From Candidatus Kapaibacterium sp. (lineage in GTDB: Bacteria > Bacteroidota > Ignavibacteria > Kapaibacteriales > UBA2268), in NCBI GenBank assembly GCA_041675005.1, contig JBAYUQ010000001.1, positions 66,235 to 130,234 of the forward strand: a stretch of 64,000 nt of DNA. The letters are read 5' to 3'. Shown in pieces: positions 10,158-21,195 of this stretch. How positions within the stretch are numbered: position 1 is the stretch's first letter; the number at the start of each line of letters is the position of its first letter. The translations under genes were made by a program, and so were the position numbers. The notes beneath the pieces are model-generated. The model was not told the DNA's origin and made no database searches. It saw only the letters and a program-made list of their open reading frames with translations.

Positions 10158-10869
10158 GTAAGAAATTTATATTCGTATTATTATCGTATTCTTTTGCTTC
10201 TCTACCTTTTATGAAAACTCGTAAAGTTGGCTCACCAATAAGAGTTACATCATTATTTTCAATTTTCAAGATTGAACCTTCTCTTAGTCCAACAACTATA
10301 TTATCATTTTGAAAATGGTATTCGTTGATTCTAGTTTCCCTAGTTTCGCCTTTGTGAGTAGAATGTGGATCTGGATCTAAGTAATGAGGGTTAATATTGA
10401 AAGGAACAAACCCGAAAGCGTCAAATGATGGTGGATAGACTATAGGCATATCATTAGTAGTTTTGATACTCGGACCTGCTACATTCGAGCCAGCACTAGT
10501 ACCCATATACCTAAGCCCAGCTTTTACTTTTTGTTGGATTGGAGAAATTAATCCTTTCTCGTAAAGGGATTTGAGTAAAAGGAATGTATTTCCTCCACCT
10601 ATGAAAATCCCATCGCAATATTCAATAGCTTCTATTGGATTATCAAATTCTTCAATTCCTCTGATTTTCAAACCAGCATTTTCGAATCCTTTTTTTGCAA
10701 CTAAGCTATAATTCTCTAAGCTAACACCACCCGGTCTAGCATAAGAAATGAAAATTATATTTTTACACCCTGAGAAAAATTCAGCAATATCATCCTTGCA
10801 ATATTCCAAATATCCCATTGGATGTACAGTTGAGGAACTGCAAAGAAGTAAATTTAATTTATCAGTCAT
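10150..10869 (-). CDS. pepE: Dipeptidase E (S51 peptidase, alpha-aspartyl dipeptidase).
   Basis: 239 aa; S51 family layout with a GTSAGS serine-nucleophile region. Confidence 0.7.
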   Translation of the reverse strand: MTDKLNLLLCSSSTVHPMGYLEYCKDDIAEFFSGCKNIIFISYARPGGVSLENYSLVAKKGFENAGLKIRGIEEFDNPIEAIEYCDGIFIGGGNTFLLLKSLYEKGLISPIQQKVKAGLRYMGTSAGSNVAGPSIKTTNDMPIVYPPSFDAFGFVPFNINPHYLDPDPHSTHKGETRETRINEYHFQNDNIVVGLREGSILKIENNDVTLIGEPTLRVFIKGREAKEYDNNTNINFLLD

Positions 10870-10931
10870 TATTCTTTAATTTCATTTTCTATAATTTACA
10901 AAAATACGAAATTTGATACTCAAGTTATAAT

Positions 10932-11378
10932 ATGAGACAATTACCGAAGATAAATATTCCTATATCTGAACATAAATTTCAAGATTCTAAAATCTATGAT
11001 AAAGTCAGAAAGAAATATGTAGAATGCACACCAGAAGAGTGGGTGAGACAGAACCTAATCGATTTTCTTGCATCAGATTATGGTTATTTGCTTTCTAGAA
11101 TGCAAGTAGAAATAGGTTTCAAAATAAATGAGAAAGAATTCAGATTAGATATTATCTGCCACGATAAAAAAGGAAATCCCTATCTCATAGTGGAGTGCAA
11201 ATCGCCTGATATTAAACTCAATCAAGCTACTCTCAATCAGATAGGGATTTATAATATTGCCCAAAAAACTCAATTTCTTCTTGTTACTAACGGCTTGGAA
11301 TTTTTAGTTTTCCAAACCGATTATACTAGTAACAATATAACTCAAATCGACTATATACCTACTGCCCAGCAAATCTAG
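10932..11378 (+). CDS. Stand-alone type I restriction enzyme HsdR N-terminal-like domain protein (PD-(D/E)xK-like nuclease fold).
   Basis: ...EEWVRQNLIDFL...RLDIIC..KKGNPYLIVECKSP... matches HsdR_N-type domain signatures. No hsdM/hsdS nearby. Confidence 0.55.
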   Translation: MRQLPKINIPISEHKFQDSKIYDKVRKKYVECTPEEWVRQNLIDFLASDYGYLLSRMQVEIGFKINEKEFRLDIICHDKKGNPYLIVECKSPDIKLNQATLNQIGIYNIAQKTQFLLVTNGLEFLVFQTDYTSNNITQIDYIPTAQQI

Positions 11379-14300
11379 GGCGTTTGCCGAATATTGTGTA
11401 TTTCATTGCTGAACCTACACCATGACCTCTCGATCTAGATAATGCATATTTCTGTCTAACAGCAAACTGGATAGTGTACATAGTAGGTACAACTAATAGT
11501 GTCAAGAATGTAGAGAACGTCAATCCAAAGATAATCGCCCAAGACATAGGAGCCCAGAATACTGTATTATCAGAACCGAAAGAAATATTCGGCGCAAAAT
11601 CAGAGAACAGAGTTGCAAAGTTTATGTTAAAGCCTAATGCTAATGGAACTAATCCAAGCATTGTAGAACCAGCTGTTAATATTACTGGTTGCAATCTAAC
11701 GACACCACCATCTATTATTGAACTAGTTGGCTTCATACCTTCTTTCAATCTAATATCAGTGAAGTCGATTAGTAATATACCGTTATTAACTACGATTCCA
11801 GCCAGTGCTATAATACCCACGCCCGACATCACTATTACGAAGTCCATACCAGTAATAGCATAACCTAATAATACCCCAATCACACTGAATATAATAGTAG
11901 AGAATATCATTAGTGGCTTTATAGTAGAATTGAACATAGTTACTAAGATGAAGAACACTAATAACATTGATATTAAAAATGCTTTCATCAGGAATTCACC
12001 GGTTTCTTTCTGTTGTTCTTGCTCACCAGTTAGTTTTATCTCATATCCAGCAGGCAAGTTAAACTCTTTTGCTGTTTTTGTGATTTCTTGATTTATTTGG
12101 TTCGCATTGTATCCACTAAGTACATTAGAGCTTAGTGTAACTGTACGTTCTACATCTTTTCTATTGATACCACCAAAAGTATTTTGGAATTTGATATCAG
12201 CAAAAGCAGAAATAGGAACTTGACGGAAATCACCAGTTTTTTCTCTGAAAGTCAATTTGATATTCATAAGTTGGTCTATGTTCTGTCTGTATTCTTCTCT
12301 CAATCGCAACTGAACAGGATAATCATCATCAGCCGTTCTGTATTTAGTTACTTCAGTACCATATAGAGCAGTTCTAATCGCCGAACTAATCTGAGAAGTA
12401 GATAAACCTTCTTTATTTGCTTTTTCTCTATTTATCTCTACTAATATCTCAGGTTTGTTTAACTCCAAGTTTGACTGTAGATTCTCGATACCTTGTATAT
12501 TCAATGAGTCAACTAAAGTATATTTGAATTTTTTGGAGAAATCTACAAGTTTATCAAAGTCAGCACCACTTATCTCGATATTTATTGGTTTACCCGTAGG
12601 AGGTCCACCTTGTTCTTTATCAACTTGAATATCAACTCCTGCCATTTCTCCAATTCCTTTCCTGATTTTCTCCATGTATTCCCAAGTATTTTCACCATTT
12701 CTTTTTCCGAATTCCACGAAGGAAACAGTTACTTTACCTTTATTTGGTTTTACACTTCGGTCAGGATTCATAGGGTCACCAGCACCAACTCCTACATTCG
12801 AAATTACAGATGTAACAATCGGATTATTTTCACCAACTATATCAATTACTTTGTTTTCGACAATAGTAGTGATACTATCAGTAATTTCTGCTCTTGTACC
12901 CAGAGGTAATTCTAGATAAACCATCACATTATTAGGATCAGGATTAGGGAAGAACTCAACTTTAGGAGTCGCAACTGCAAAAATAAAAATACTCAATATA
13001 AGCGCAAAAAATACACCTATTAGAACTAGTGCTGGGCGTTTACCTTTTAATATATACGTTAAAGTAGATTTATATGTCTTAATTAACCAAGGCACAAATG
13101 TAGCTTGGAATTTTCTAATAATAATTGGAGTTAGGATAAATTTGTTAAACCAGAATAATACGATGGCAATCATAATCAAATTACCAAGCGTAGATACTCC
13201 ACTTAACGATAATAATAATCCCAAACCAAAAATACTAAATGTTGTTATATAAAATCCCATAGTTGGTTTTTTTGTCACTCCTTGTTTCATCGAGTCCATA
13301 AACTGAACTGCAAATACTGGGTTGATTATAAAAGCAACTATAAGAGAAGCAGTCAAAAGTATAATCAATACTGCAGGCAAGAAGAACATAAATTCACCCA
13401 TTATCCCAGGCCAGAAAAGTAGTGGGAAGAAAGGGGCTAAAGTTGTTAAAGTACCCGCTAGTACAGCTGAGAAAACCTCTGCAGATGCTGTATTAGCAGC
13501 TTCCTTTATTGGCATTCCTTCAGTAAAGTGGAGTCTATATGTATTCTCGACTACTACAATCGCATTATCGACGAGTATCCCTAATCCAAGTAGGAAGGAG
13601 AAAGTCACGATAATATTGAATGTAAAGTCTAATGGTGGAAGAACTATAAATGAAATAGCCGCCGATAATGGCACAGCTAACCCAACATAAACTGCATTAC
13701 TAACACCCATAAAGAACATAAGTACAACAGTTACTAGTATGAAACCGATAATAACTGAGTTAATTAGATCTGTAATAGCGACTCTTGTATTATCAGATAA
13801 ATCACCAGTTATTGTGACATTCAAATCATCAGGAAATACATTTTCTTTCATATCCGCTATAACAGCGTTTATCTCATCGGAAGCTTCGATTAGATTTTCT
13901 CCACTTCTTTTGATTACACTTAATGCTATTACAGGTTTTTTGTTCATTCTAGCAAAACTACTCCTTTCCTCATTAGTAAACTCAATAGTAGCTATATCAC
14001 GTAAATATATTTTATCGCTCTTGCTACTTGTTACTAATATGTTCCCAATCTCAGATACATCGTGGAATTCACCTATTACTCGGATTGCTCTTTCAAGTCT
14101 TCCGACGTCCAAATTACCACCACCGATATTGACATTTTCATCTTTGATAGCACTGTAAACATCGTTAAAAGATACATTAGCTGCTGTCATTCTATATAAA
14201 TCTAGATTGACTTGAACTTCTTTTTCTAATGCACCAATCATATCAGCACGAGTTATTTGAGTAAGACCTTCTATTCTGTCTTGCAAATCATCAGCATAAT

Positions 14301-14778
14301 TCTTCAAAATATCTAAGTTGTAATCACCAGATATATTAACTGTCATTATAGGCATTTCTGAAAAATCAATCTCTTGTACAATTGGATCTTGATCCAAATC
14401 TGTAGGTAAATCTTTCATTGCCATATCAACTTTATCAGCAATTCGTTGCTTTGCAACTGCTGGATCTATATCAGTATTGAACTCTACAGTAATAGCTGAG
14501 TAGTTCTGTACGGATTGACTGACTATCTTTTTCACACCAGAAACTGATTTCAATTGTTGTTCAATTGGTCTAGTTATTAGTGTCTCTATATCATCAGGAG
14601 AAGTCCCTTGGTATATTGTTTGTATGTAAATAGTTGGAATTACTATCTCAGGAAACTTCTCTTTAGGTAAGCCCATATAAGCTAGCAAACCTATAGCAAC
14701 TAAGATAAATGATAGAACAAAAATACTGACTCTATTATTTATCGCCCAGTTGGTGGGCTTAAAAATTGGATTAGACAT
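11359..14778 (-). CDS. RND (HAE1/AcrB-CzcA family) efflux permease.
   Basis: 1139 aa with 12 TM helices and two large periplasmic loops; co-operonic with MFP and TolC genes. Confidence 0.9.
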   Translation of the reverse strand: MSNPIFKPTNWAINNRVSIFVLSFILVAIGLLAYMGLPKEKFPEIVIPTIYIQTIYQGTSPDDIETLITRPIEQQLKSVSGVKKIVSQSVQNYSAITVEFNTDIDPAVAKQRIADKVDMAMKDLPTDLDQDPIVQEIDFSEMPIMTVNISGDYNLDILKNYADDLQDRIEGLTQITRADMIGALEKEVQVNLDLYRMTAANVSFNDVYSAIKDENVNIGGGNLDVGRLERAIRVIGEFHDVSEIGNILVTSSKSDKIYLRDIATIEFTNEERSSFARMNKKPVIALSVIKRSGENLIEASDEINAVIADMKENVFPDDLNVTITGDLSDNTRVAITDLINSVIIGFILVTVVLMFFMGVSNAVYVGLAVPLSAAISFIVLPPLDFTFNIIVTFSFLLGLGILVDNAIVVVENTYRLHFTEGMPIKEAANTASAEVFSAVLAGTLTTLAPFFPLLFWPGIMGEFMFFLPAVLIILLTASLIVAFIINPVFAVQFMDSMKQGVTKKPTMGFYITTFSIFGLGLLLSLSGVSTLGNLIMIAIVLFWFNKFILTPIIIRKFQATFVPWLIKTYKSTLTYILKGKRPALVLIGVFFALILSIFIFAVATPKVEFFPNPDPNNVMVYLELPLGTRAEITDSITTIVENKVIDIVGENNPIVTSVISNVGVGAGDPMNPDRSVKPNKGKVTVSFVEFGKRNGENTWEYMEKIRKGIGEMAGVDIQVDKEQGGPPTGKPINIEISGADFDKLVDFSKKFKYTLVDSLNIQGIENLQSNLELNKPEILVEINREKANKEGLSTSQISSAIRTALYGTEVTKYRTADDDYPVQLRLREEYRQNIDQLMNIKLTFREKTGDFRQVPISAFADIKFQNTFGGINRKDVERTVTLSSNVLSGYNANQINQEITKTAKEFNLPAGYEIKLTGEQEQQKETGEFLMKAFLISMLLVFFILVTMFNSTIKPLMIFSTIIFSVIGVLLGYAITGMDFVIVMSGVGIIALAGIVVNNGILLIDFTDIRLKEGMKPTSSIIDGGVVRLQPVILTAGSTMLGLVPLALGFNINFATLFSDFAPNISFGSDNTVFWAPMSWAIIFGLTFSTFLTLLVVPTMYTIQFAVRQKYALSRSRGHGVGSAMKYTIFGKRPRFAGQ

Positions 14779-14790
14779 GTATTTCTCTTA

Positions 14791-15933
14791 TTATTTCTGT
14801 TGACTTGTTTTTATTAAATCGCCTTCTCTTACGTTCTCATAACCTACTGAAATGATTTTGTCGTCTAGTTTCAAACCACCTATTATTTCAGTAACACCAT
14901 TATAAGTTTTCCCTTTGACAATGATTTTCTTAGCTGCTTCTAATTTTTGATTCTTATTTTTACTAGCTACTAATACATATTCAGTTGTACCTTCTTGTTG
15001 TATCAAGTTAGTTGGTAGAGTAATAGCGTCTTCAATCTCAGCAGTTTTGAATTTGACTGTTGCTAACATTGCAGGTTTTACTTTGCTATAGACTGATTTC
15101 GGTAAATCTACATATATACTTACAGTTCTATTAACTCTATCTATTGATTGAGAAATAGCACTTATTGTTAAATTCAAAGTATCAATTTCCAAATCAGGGA
15201 ATATTATATTAGCTTTATCACCTTTTTTCAATTTTCTAGCTACTGCTTCTGAAATGTCAGTTTTCACTTTTAGATTGCTTTCGCTCACTAAGTGGAATGC
15301 AGGTGCACTTGGTGACGCTGTTTCTCCCTCTTTGATATATATTTTATCAATTACCCCACTAAATGGAGCTGTGATACGCATATTTGATAACTCTTCGTTT
15401 AATATAGCGATTCTGTTTTCCATAGATTCTTTATCATTCTTAGCTTTTAAGAAATCTACTTCACTTCCTACATTTTTTTCCCAAACGCCTTTTTGTTTCT
15501 CAAATACAGTTTTGATAAACTCGTAACTATCTTTAGCTTCTTTTAGTCTTTTAAGTACCATTTGATTGTCTATTTGTGCTAATAATTGACCTTTAGAAAC
15601 TCTTTGACCTTCTTGTACTGATACGTTACTAACAACTCCCATTGCTTTGGGATTCATATTCACATCTTGGTCAGATTGCACTTCACCATAAACACTAGTA
15701 TAGTGAGAAAATGGATTTTTATTCAAATCCATAACTTCGACTGGTACTGTTTTTTCTACAGTTCCCAACTGCAAACGCAAATCTGCAATTTTTGTATCTA
15801 AATCAGCTCTTTCTGATTCTAGTTTCTTTAACCTTTCTTCGATTGATATTTCAGAGTTTGCACTTTCTGAACATGATACAGCAAATAATGAAATCGACAT
15901 TATCATTAGTACTATTATATTTTTTGCTTTCAC
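14791..15933 (-). CDS. RND efflux periplasmic adaptor (membrane fusion protein).
   Basis: Signal/lipobox region followed by coiled-coil and beta-barrel MFP domains; lies between the TolC and RND genes. Confidence 0.85.
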   Translation of the reverse strand: MKAKNIIVLMIMSISLFAVSCSESANSEISIEERLKKLESERADLDTKIADLRLQLGTVEKTVPVEVMDLNKNPFSHYTSVYGEVQSDQDVNMNPKAMGVVSNVSVQEGQRVSKGQLLAQIDNQMVLKRLKEAKDSYEFIKTVFEKQKGVWEKNVGSEVDFLKAKNDKESMENRIAILNEELSNMRITAPFSGVIDKIYIKEGETASPSAPAFHLVSESNLKVKTDISEAVARKLKKGDKANIIFPDLEIDTLNLTISAISQSIDRVNRTVSIYVDLPKSVYSKVKPAMLATVKFKTAEIEDAITLPTNLIQQEGTTEYVLVASKNKNQKLEAAKKIIVKGKTYNGVTEIIGGLKLDDKIISVGYENVREGDLIKTSQQK

Positions 15934-15956
15934 TTTATTTTAATCCTATTTATTAT

Positions 15957-17354
15957 TTATTTTGCTATTTTATATTTATCTGAATAATTGCCAAGTAGTT
16001 GGTCTAATTGTGCGTAAGATATAAGCAACTCAAACTTAGTTCTTAGGTTATTAATCTTAGCTGTTCTCAGTGCTAGATCCGAATCATTAATTTCTAAAAG
16101 AGAACCAATTCCTTCTTCATATCTGATTTTAGAAATATCATAACCTCTTTGTGCTTGACTTATATTTCTTGTATTAGCTTCTAGTTGTTTTTGAGAAGAT
16201 TGAATTCTCTTTACCAGATTTTTTACTTGCGATTTCAATGATAATTCTACTAACTCTGTTTGAGTTTTAGTCTTTTTCAAATCCAATTCAGCTTTCTCTA
16301 CTCTAGCATTTGTTTGTAAACCAGAGAACAAATTCATTTTGAATCTTAATCCTACTTGCGAAGTGCTTGCAGTTGGGAAGTTGAAATCATTTGATTGACC
16401 TTGCAAAGAGTAGTTCCCAAAAGCAGATAGAGTTGGCAAATATTCCGATTCGTAAACGGCGATAAAATCTTTGTTTACTTCTTCCTGCATATTAAGTGCA
16501 GATAACTGTGGATTGACTAATAGTATTTGGTCTTCTATTTCTTCTATTTTATACTCATCACTATAATCATCTTTGAATGAATTTAATTGGTCTGTTAAAT
16601 CAATTTTTACTTGAGGCTCCATACCCATTATAACTTTCAAGTTATTCTTTGCAGATTCATATTCATTTTCAGCTGATATTAATTGAGGTGCAAAGTTCTC
16701 CACTTGTACTTCTGCTCTTATCATATCATACTCTCCAATTAGCCCTTCATTGAAAAGTGTTTTGATATCTTTGAAGCTTGTTTCAGCATTAGTTTTACTT
16801 GCTTTTACCAATTCGTAAGACTCCTTTTGCAATAAAGCTTGCATATAAGCACTTTTGACGTTGAATACTAACTCATCTACCTTCACATTCATATTCAATT
16901 TAGCAGCATCATAATAATTGTCTGCTCCAGAAATTGAACGGAATACCGCCGAATTGAATATAGTTTGAGATACATCTATTCTTGCATCTATCGCATTGTC
17001 AGATGACGCCTTAATGAATCTACCTGCACCACCGGTGCTTCCATCCGGAGAAGGAAATAAGTCACCGGATATATAAAACTGCATTGGTTCCAAATATCGA
17101 GTGTAGTTAGCACTAAGGTCAACAGTAGGTAGTGCATGACCATAAGCTTCATCTACATCAGCTTCGGCTTTATTTACATCGTATATGGCACTTTTAAGTT
17201 GTTTGTTGTTTTCTAGTGCCAATTTGATAGCGTCATCTAGTGATACTTTTTCTTGTGCGAATGTATTTATAGTTGCGAACAACATAATTGCTAATAGAGC
17301 ATATAAGCTCTTCCCGTAATTCATTTTTCTTCCTTCGATTTTATTTTTTATCAT
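15957..17354 (-). CDS. TolC-family outer-membrane efflux protein.
   Basis: 465 aa; signal peptide; two OEP repeat halves. Confidence 0.85.
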   Translation of the reverse strand: MIKNKIEGRKMNYGKSLYALLAIMLFATINTFAQEKVSLDDAIKLALENNKQLKSAIYDVNKAEADVDEAYGHALPTVDLSANYTRYLEPMQFYISGDLFPSPDGSTGGAGRFIKASSDNAIDARIDVSQTIFNSAVFRSISGADNYYDAAKLNMNVKVDELVFNVKSAYMQALLQKESYELVKASKTNAETSFKDIKTLFNEGLIGEYDMIRAEVQVENFAPQLISAENEYESAKNNLKVIMGMEPQVKIDLTDQLNSFKDDYSDEYKIEEIEDQILLVNPQLSALNMQEEVNKDFIAVYESEYLPTLSAFGNYSLQGQSNDFNFPTASTSQVGLRFKMNLFSGLQTNARVEKAELDLKKTKTQTELVELSLKSQVKNLVKRIQSSQKQLEANTRNISQAQRGYDISKIRYEEGIGSLLEINDSDLALRTAKINNLRTKFELLISYAQLDQLLGNYSDKYKIAK

Positions 17355-17976
17355 TTTGTTCTTTCACTATTATTTTATTGTATTTAGTATATCCTTCACG
17401 GGAGAATACTCCTTCAAAAAATATCATACTCAAGTAATCGTACAATTCTTCCATAGAATGTTGGTTACTGTCAATTGCTATCGTAAACATGTGGTTCATC
17501 ATAGCATAATACATTTCAGAGACTATTTTTATTGGAATGTCTTTTCTAAAATAATTCTCTTCTAATCCTCTAGAGTAAAAATCTTCGAAGACTTTGACTA
17601 TACTTTCACGTCTAATCTCTTCAACTTTCATTGATAACTCTGGAGCATTTCTCTTTAAATCTTTCAAAAAAGCTATAGGCGCATTTGTTAAGTCTTTTGC
17701 GTTTCTATATCCTATCAATCGCATCTTCTCAAGAAAGTCTATGTCTAGATCATATATATCTTGGAACATATCTTTTTTCTCTGTCATACGACATTTCATT
17801 ACTTCCCAGAAAATCTCTTCTTTGCTGTTGAAGTATTGATAGATTGTTTTCTTGCTTACGCCAGCGGCTTTTGCCACTTCGTCAACTGTAACTTTTGTGT
17901 ATCCAAACTGCATAAATTCTCTTTGTGCAGCTTGTGATATCTTTTCTTTAGATGATATTGGTGTTTGTTTTGTCAT
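17341..17976 (-). CDS. TetR/AcrR-family transcriptional regulator, first gene of the efflux operon.
   Basis: N-terminal HTH ...VTVDEVAKAAGVSKKTIYQYF... Confidence 0.85.
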   Translation of the reverse strand: MTKQTPISSKEKISQAAQREFMQFGYTKVTVDEVAKAAGVSKKTIYQYFNSKEEIFWEVMKCRMTEKKDMFQDIYDLDIDFLEKMRLIGYRNAKDLTNAPIAFLKDLKRNAPELSMKVEEIRRESIVKVFEDFYSRGLEENYFRKDIPIKIVSEMYYAMMNHMFTIAIDSNQHSMEELYDYLSMIFFEGVFSREGYTKYNKIIVKEQNDKK

Positions 17977-18122
17977 TGTATGGAAACTTTTTACACTATA
18001 TTAGTTTATTATTATGCGAAATTATACTTCTTCAACGTTTAATACAACAAAAAAGTTTACTAGGAAACTGAAATTGTGTTATTAGTTTCTATACTCTTTT
18101 GTCCTTTATTATGTGATTCGGC

Positions 18123-20291
18123 TTAGATTAAGCCTGATAGTTTCCTGATAACCCACTCAGTAGCAAAACACATAAGCGAAATTATAAGAAATAGGGGTAG
18201 GTTCCAAAGTGCATAATCTTGCTTTTTGGAGATGAATTTTTCTTTGAAGTTTTCTTTTGCTTTTATTTCTTCAAAAAGTTTCGATATATTATTAGAGTAA
18301 AACTTGCCATCAGTTGCCTCAGAAATACTATTTAATAGGTTCTTATTCATAGTCAATTCCGAGTATTCTGGGTTCATTTCGCCGACTATAAACCTACCGG
18401 TGCTTTTACCCATCACATCTTTACCGATACTAGCTTGCCCTTCATAAGTGTAATCTCCTTTGGAAAGGTTTTCTAGCTTATAGTAGTACTGACCATTGCC
18501 AATATCTGAAAGCAATAGTTCTCGAGGTTTACCATTTTCACTTTTAACTGTAACTGCGATTTTAGCCTCATCTACAGGTAAGTAGCTATCATCATACAAT
18601 TGTGCTATGAACTCAACGGTTTCGCCTTCTGTATATGTACGTTTATTAGTTTTTAGCACAAATGAATCAAAGCTGTTATCAATACTTAACCAACGAACGC
18701 TATTATCCATCAATTGCGAATATAAATCAACTACATCTTTTCCCTTTGATAATTCCTCAGCATAGCCTTGTAGTTTCCATCTTTGTAGCCCGTAGCCCAA
18801 TACGAAGATTCCTCGCTTATTACCCAAAGTTCGTGAGACTATAAGCGGCTCATTCATTGCACTATTACCAAAAGTGTAGTTCATCAATATGTTTGCTTCT
18901 GGATTCGGTTTTATGAAAGTTTCGGTTTTGGAAATAGGGGGGAGGGCGTTCCATTTTTCTATATCACTTTTATCACCATTAACTCTTAGTATAGAGTTAC
19001 CAACTTCCTTAGCGTTCACACTTGGTAAAACTTCCATCTCATTTCTTCCTTCAGAAAGAACTGTGAAAGGTACATGTTCACCTAGTTTAGCTAGTTTCTT
19101 GTAATCGATATCGCTCGATGCTATGAATAGAAGTGGCTTACCTCTATCTAATTCTCGCTTTATTAGTTCCAAGTACTTCACATCAGTTGAAGCATTAGGA
19201 AACCCTACAAGTATTATTATCTCGGCATCTTGCAGGTCTTTCTGTTTGAAATCATCATAGAAGCTAGTCGCATTTTTCTGAACGTATTTGTGCAGTTCCT
19301 GATTCTTATTCTTAGTTAACTCTTTTACTAGGAAAGACACATCATAACTTGGTCGTCCACCGAATAGTGCTACGCTTTTTTTATTTTCTAATACTCTTAC
19401 TATATCTGATTTGCTATTATTAAGCTTTGTTATTTCTTCATCGAAGCTATCCACCGTGGCGTTTAGTTTATAGTTTCCAGGTTTATCAGGTGTAAATGAG
19501 AATTTCAGCTTATACCTAGTCTGATTCTTTACTAGTTTGACTTTCTCTTCACCTATTAACTTACCATTAGTAGTTACCTTTACGTTCACCTCTTTATCAT
19601 AAATACCATTAGCATCTAAATTAATAAATATAGGTGTTGGTGTATTAATATATGAGACTTCATTCGTTATCAAATCTGTGATTTTCAAATCCTTAGGGCT
19701 ATTAGTATCACCTATTCCAACTGAAAACACTGGTTTACCAAAGCTTTGAGCTGCATAGAATGGGTTTTCTCCAGCATTATATGCTCCATCAGTTAATAGT
19801 ACTACCGCTTGTATATTCGAAGTGTCTTGTCTGTACTCTAACTCGCGCATAGCTTTTGATATATCTGTGCGTTTTCCTTTACTTTTCAGTGTCGCCAGAC
19901 TATCGATGCTAAAATCATTTATATTATCATCGAAGGCAAAGAATATATCTTCTTCGTTAGCTTTATCTTGGATTTCTTTGATTATCTTATCGTAAACAGC
20001 TTTTCGATCTATACTTGCATCTTTTATTGATATGGATTCACTATCATCTATCAAGAATGCGATTTTGGGTTTTATCACTTCATCGAATGAATTAGTAACT
20101 ATCGGCTGGAAAATAGCGAATAGTAAAAGTAGCATACCTATAATCCTTAGAGTAAGCAAGGTGGCCCTCTTCACCCCTGATATTGGTGGGTTTGTGCTTC
20201 TATATGAATAGAAACTAACACCAATAATGAGTAAAGCCAATACTATAAATAATACCCAAGATCCACTAATCGCCAAACTATAAGAATTCAT
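18123..20291 (-). CDS. Membrane-anchored von Willebrand factor A domain protein (BatA-like N-terminus with a long extension and a C-terminal TM).
   Basis: N-terminal TM helices followed by a ...IAFLIDDSESIS...VVLLTDGAYN... VWA/MIDAS region; C-terminal hydrophobic helix. Confidence 0.6.
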   Translation of the reverse strand: MNSYSLAISGSWVLFIVLALLIIGVSFYSYRSTNPPISGVKRATLLTLRIIGMLLLLFAIFQPIVTNSFDEVIKPKIAFLIDDSESISIKDASIDRKAVYDKIIKEIQDKANEEDIFFAFDDNINDFSIDSLATLKSKGKRTDISKAMRELEYRQDTSNIQAVVLLTDGAYNAGENPFYAAQSFGKPVFSVGIGDTNSPKDLKITDLITNEVSYINTPTPIFINLDANGIYDKEVNVKVTTNGKLIGEEKVKLVKNQTRYKLKFSFTPDKPGNYKLNATVDSFDEEITKLNNSKSDIVRVLENKKSVALFGGRPSYDVSFLVKELTKNKNQELHKYVQKNATSFYDDFKQKDLQDAEIIILVGFPNASTDVKYLELIKRELDRGKPLLFIASSDIDYKKLAKLGEHVPFTVLSEGRNEMEVLPSVNAKEVGNSILRVNGDKSDIEKWNALPPISKTETFIKPNPEANILMNYTFGNSAMNEPLIVSRTLGNKRGIFVLGYGLQRWKLQGYAEELSKGKDVVDLYSQLMDNSVRWLSIDNSFDSFVLKTNKRTYTEGETVEFIAQLYDDSYLPVDEAKIAVTVKSENGKPRELLLSDIGNGQYYYKLENLSKGDYTYEGQASIGKDVMGKSTGRFIVGEMNPEYSELTMNKNLLNSISEATDGKFYSNNISKLFEEIKAKENFKEKFISKKQDYALWNLPLFLIISLMCFATEWVIRKLSGLI

Positions 20292-20421
20292 TAACTAATT
20301 CGTTTATTGCAAAATCATTAATACGAAGTAGCAATTTATAAAGTTTAATATCAGCAATAAAATAAAATATCGTGGAACTTTATTAATTTACATTTTTTAT
20401 AATAACAAAAACTAAAAAACT

Positions 20422-21141
20422 ATGGCATTAGAATATTACCAAGCCGAAGTATATAATATAATTCAAGAAACTCCAGCAGTTAGAAGATTTCAACTCCGAT
20501 TCAACGATTTAGACGTATTTGATTTCAAAGCAGGTCAATATGTTAAAGTTGATATGCCTCTGAATAGTACGAAAAATTATCGACAGTACTCTATTTCATC
20601 TGAACCAAAAGGCAATAATGAAATAGAACTCCTTATTGTATTAAAAGAAGGGGGAGACGGCACAGCTTATATGTTCAACGAAGTAAAAGTTGGTTCTATG
20701 CTTACGGTATCTCGTGCTTTAGGTAGATTTGTATTGCCTGATACTATTGACAGAGAAATCTGCTTTATCTGTACTGGCGTTGGACTTGCCCCATTCCGTT
20801 CTATGTACTTAGATGTACTTAACAAGAATATTCCCCACAAAGGAATGCACCTAATTTTCGGTACTCGTACTCGTGAAGATCTATGCTATGCAGAAGAGCT
20901 ATTTGGACTAGACAAAGAAGATAATAACTTCCACTACCATCCTGTTCTATCTCGTGAAGAAAGTGCTGATTGGACTGGCAGAAAGGGTTACTTACACCAA
21001 ATTTATAAAGAGTTATATGCAGAAAAGCCAGATGCTATATTCTACCTATGCGGTTGGGACGATATGATAAAAGAAGCCCGTGCGAACCTAATGGAAATTG
21101 GCTATGGCAGAAGGGATATCTTGTTTGAGAAGTATGACTAA
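20422..21141 (+). CDS. Ferredoxin-NADP reductase-like FAD/NAD(P)-binding oxidoreductase.
   Basis: RQYSISS FAD-binding motif and a GTGxAP-like NAD motif (CTGVGLAPFRSM). Confidence 0.7.
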   Translation: MALEYYQAEVYNIIQETPAVRRFQLRFNDLDVFDFKAGQYVKVDMPLNSTKNYRQYSISSEPKGNNEIELLIVLKEGGDGTAYMFNEVKVGSMLTVSRALGRFVLPDTIDREICFICTGVGLAPFRSMYLDVLNKNIPHKGMHLIFGTRTREDLCYAEELFGLDKEDNNFHYHPVLSREESADWTGRKGYLHQIYKELYAEKPDAIFYLCGWDDMIKEARANLMEIGYGRRDILFEKYD

Positions 21142-21195
21142 TAAAATCTAATCAAAAACTGGGTGTGTTTGTAAACACCCAGTTTACAATTATAA

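Noticed and set aside
18085-18140. GGCTTAGATTAAGCC palindrome taken for a terminator of the VWA gene.
   Set aside because: It falls within the 3' coding end of 18123-20291 (...KLSGLI*), so it is not an intergenic structure.
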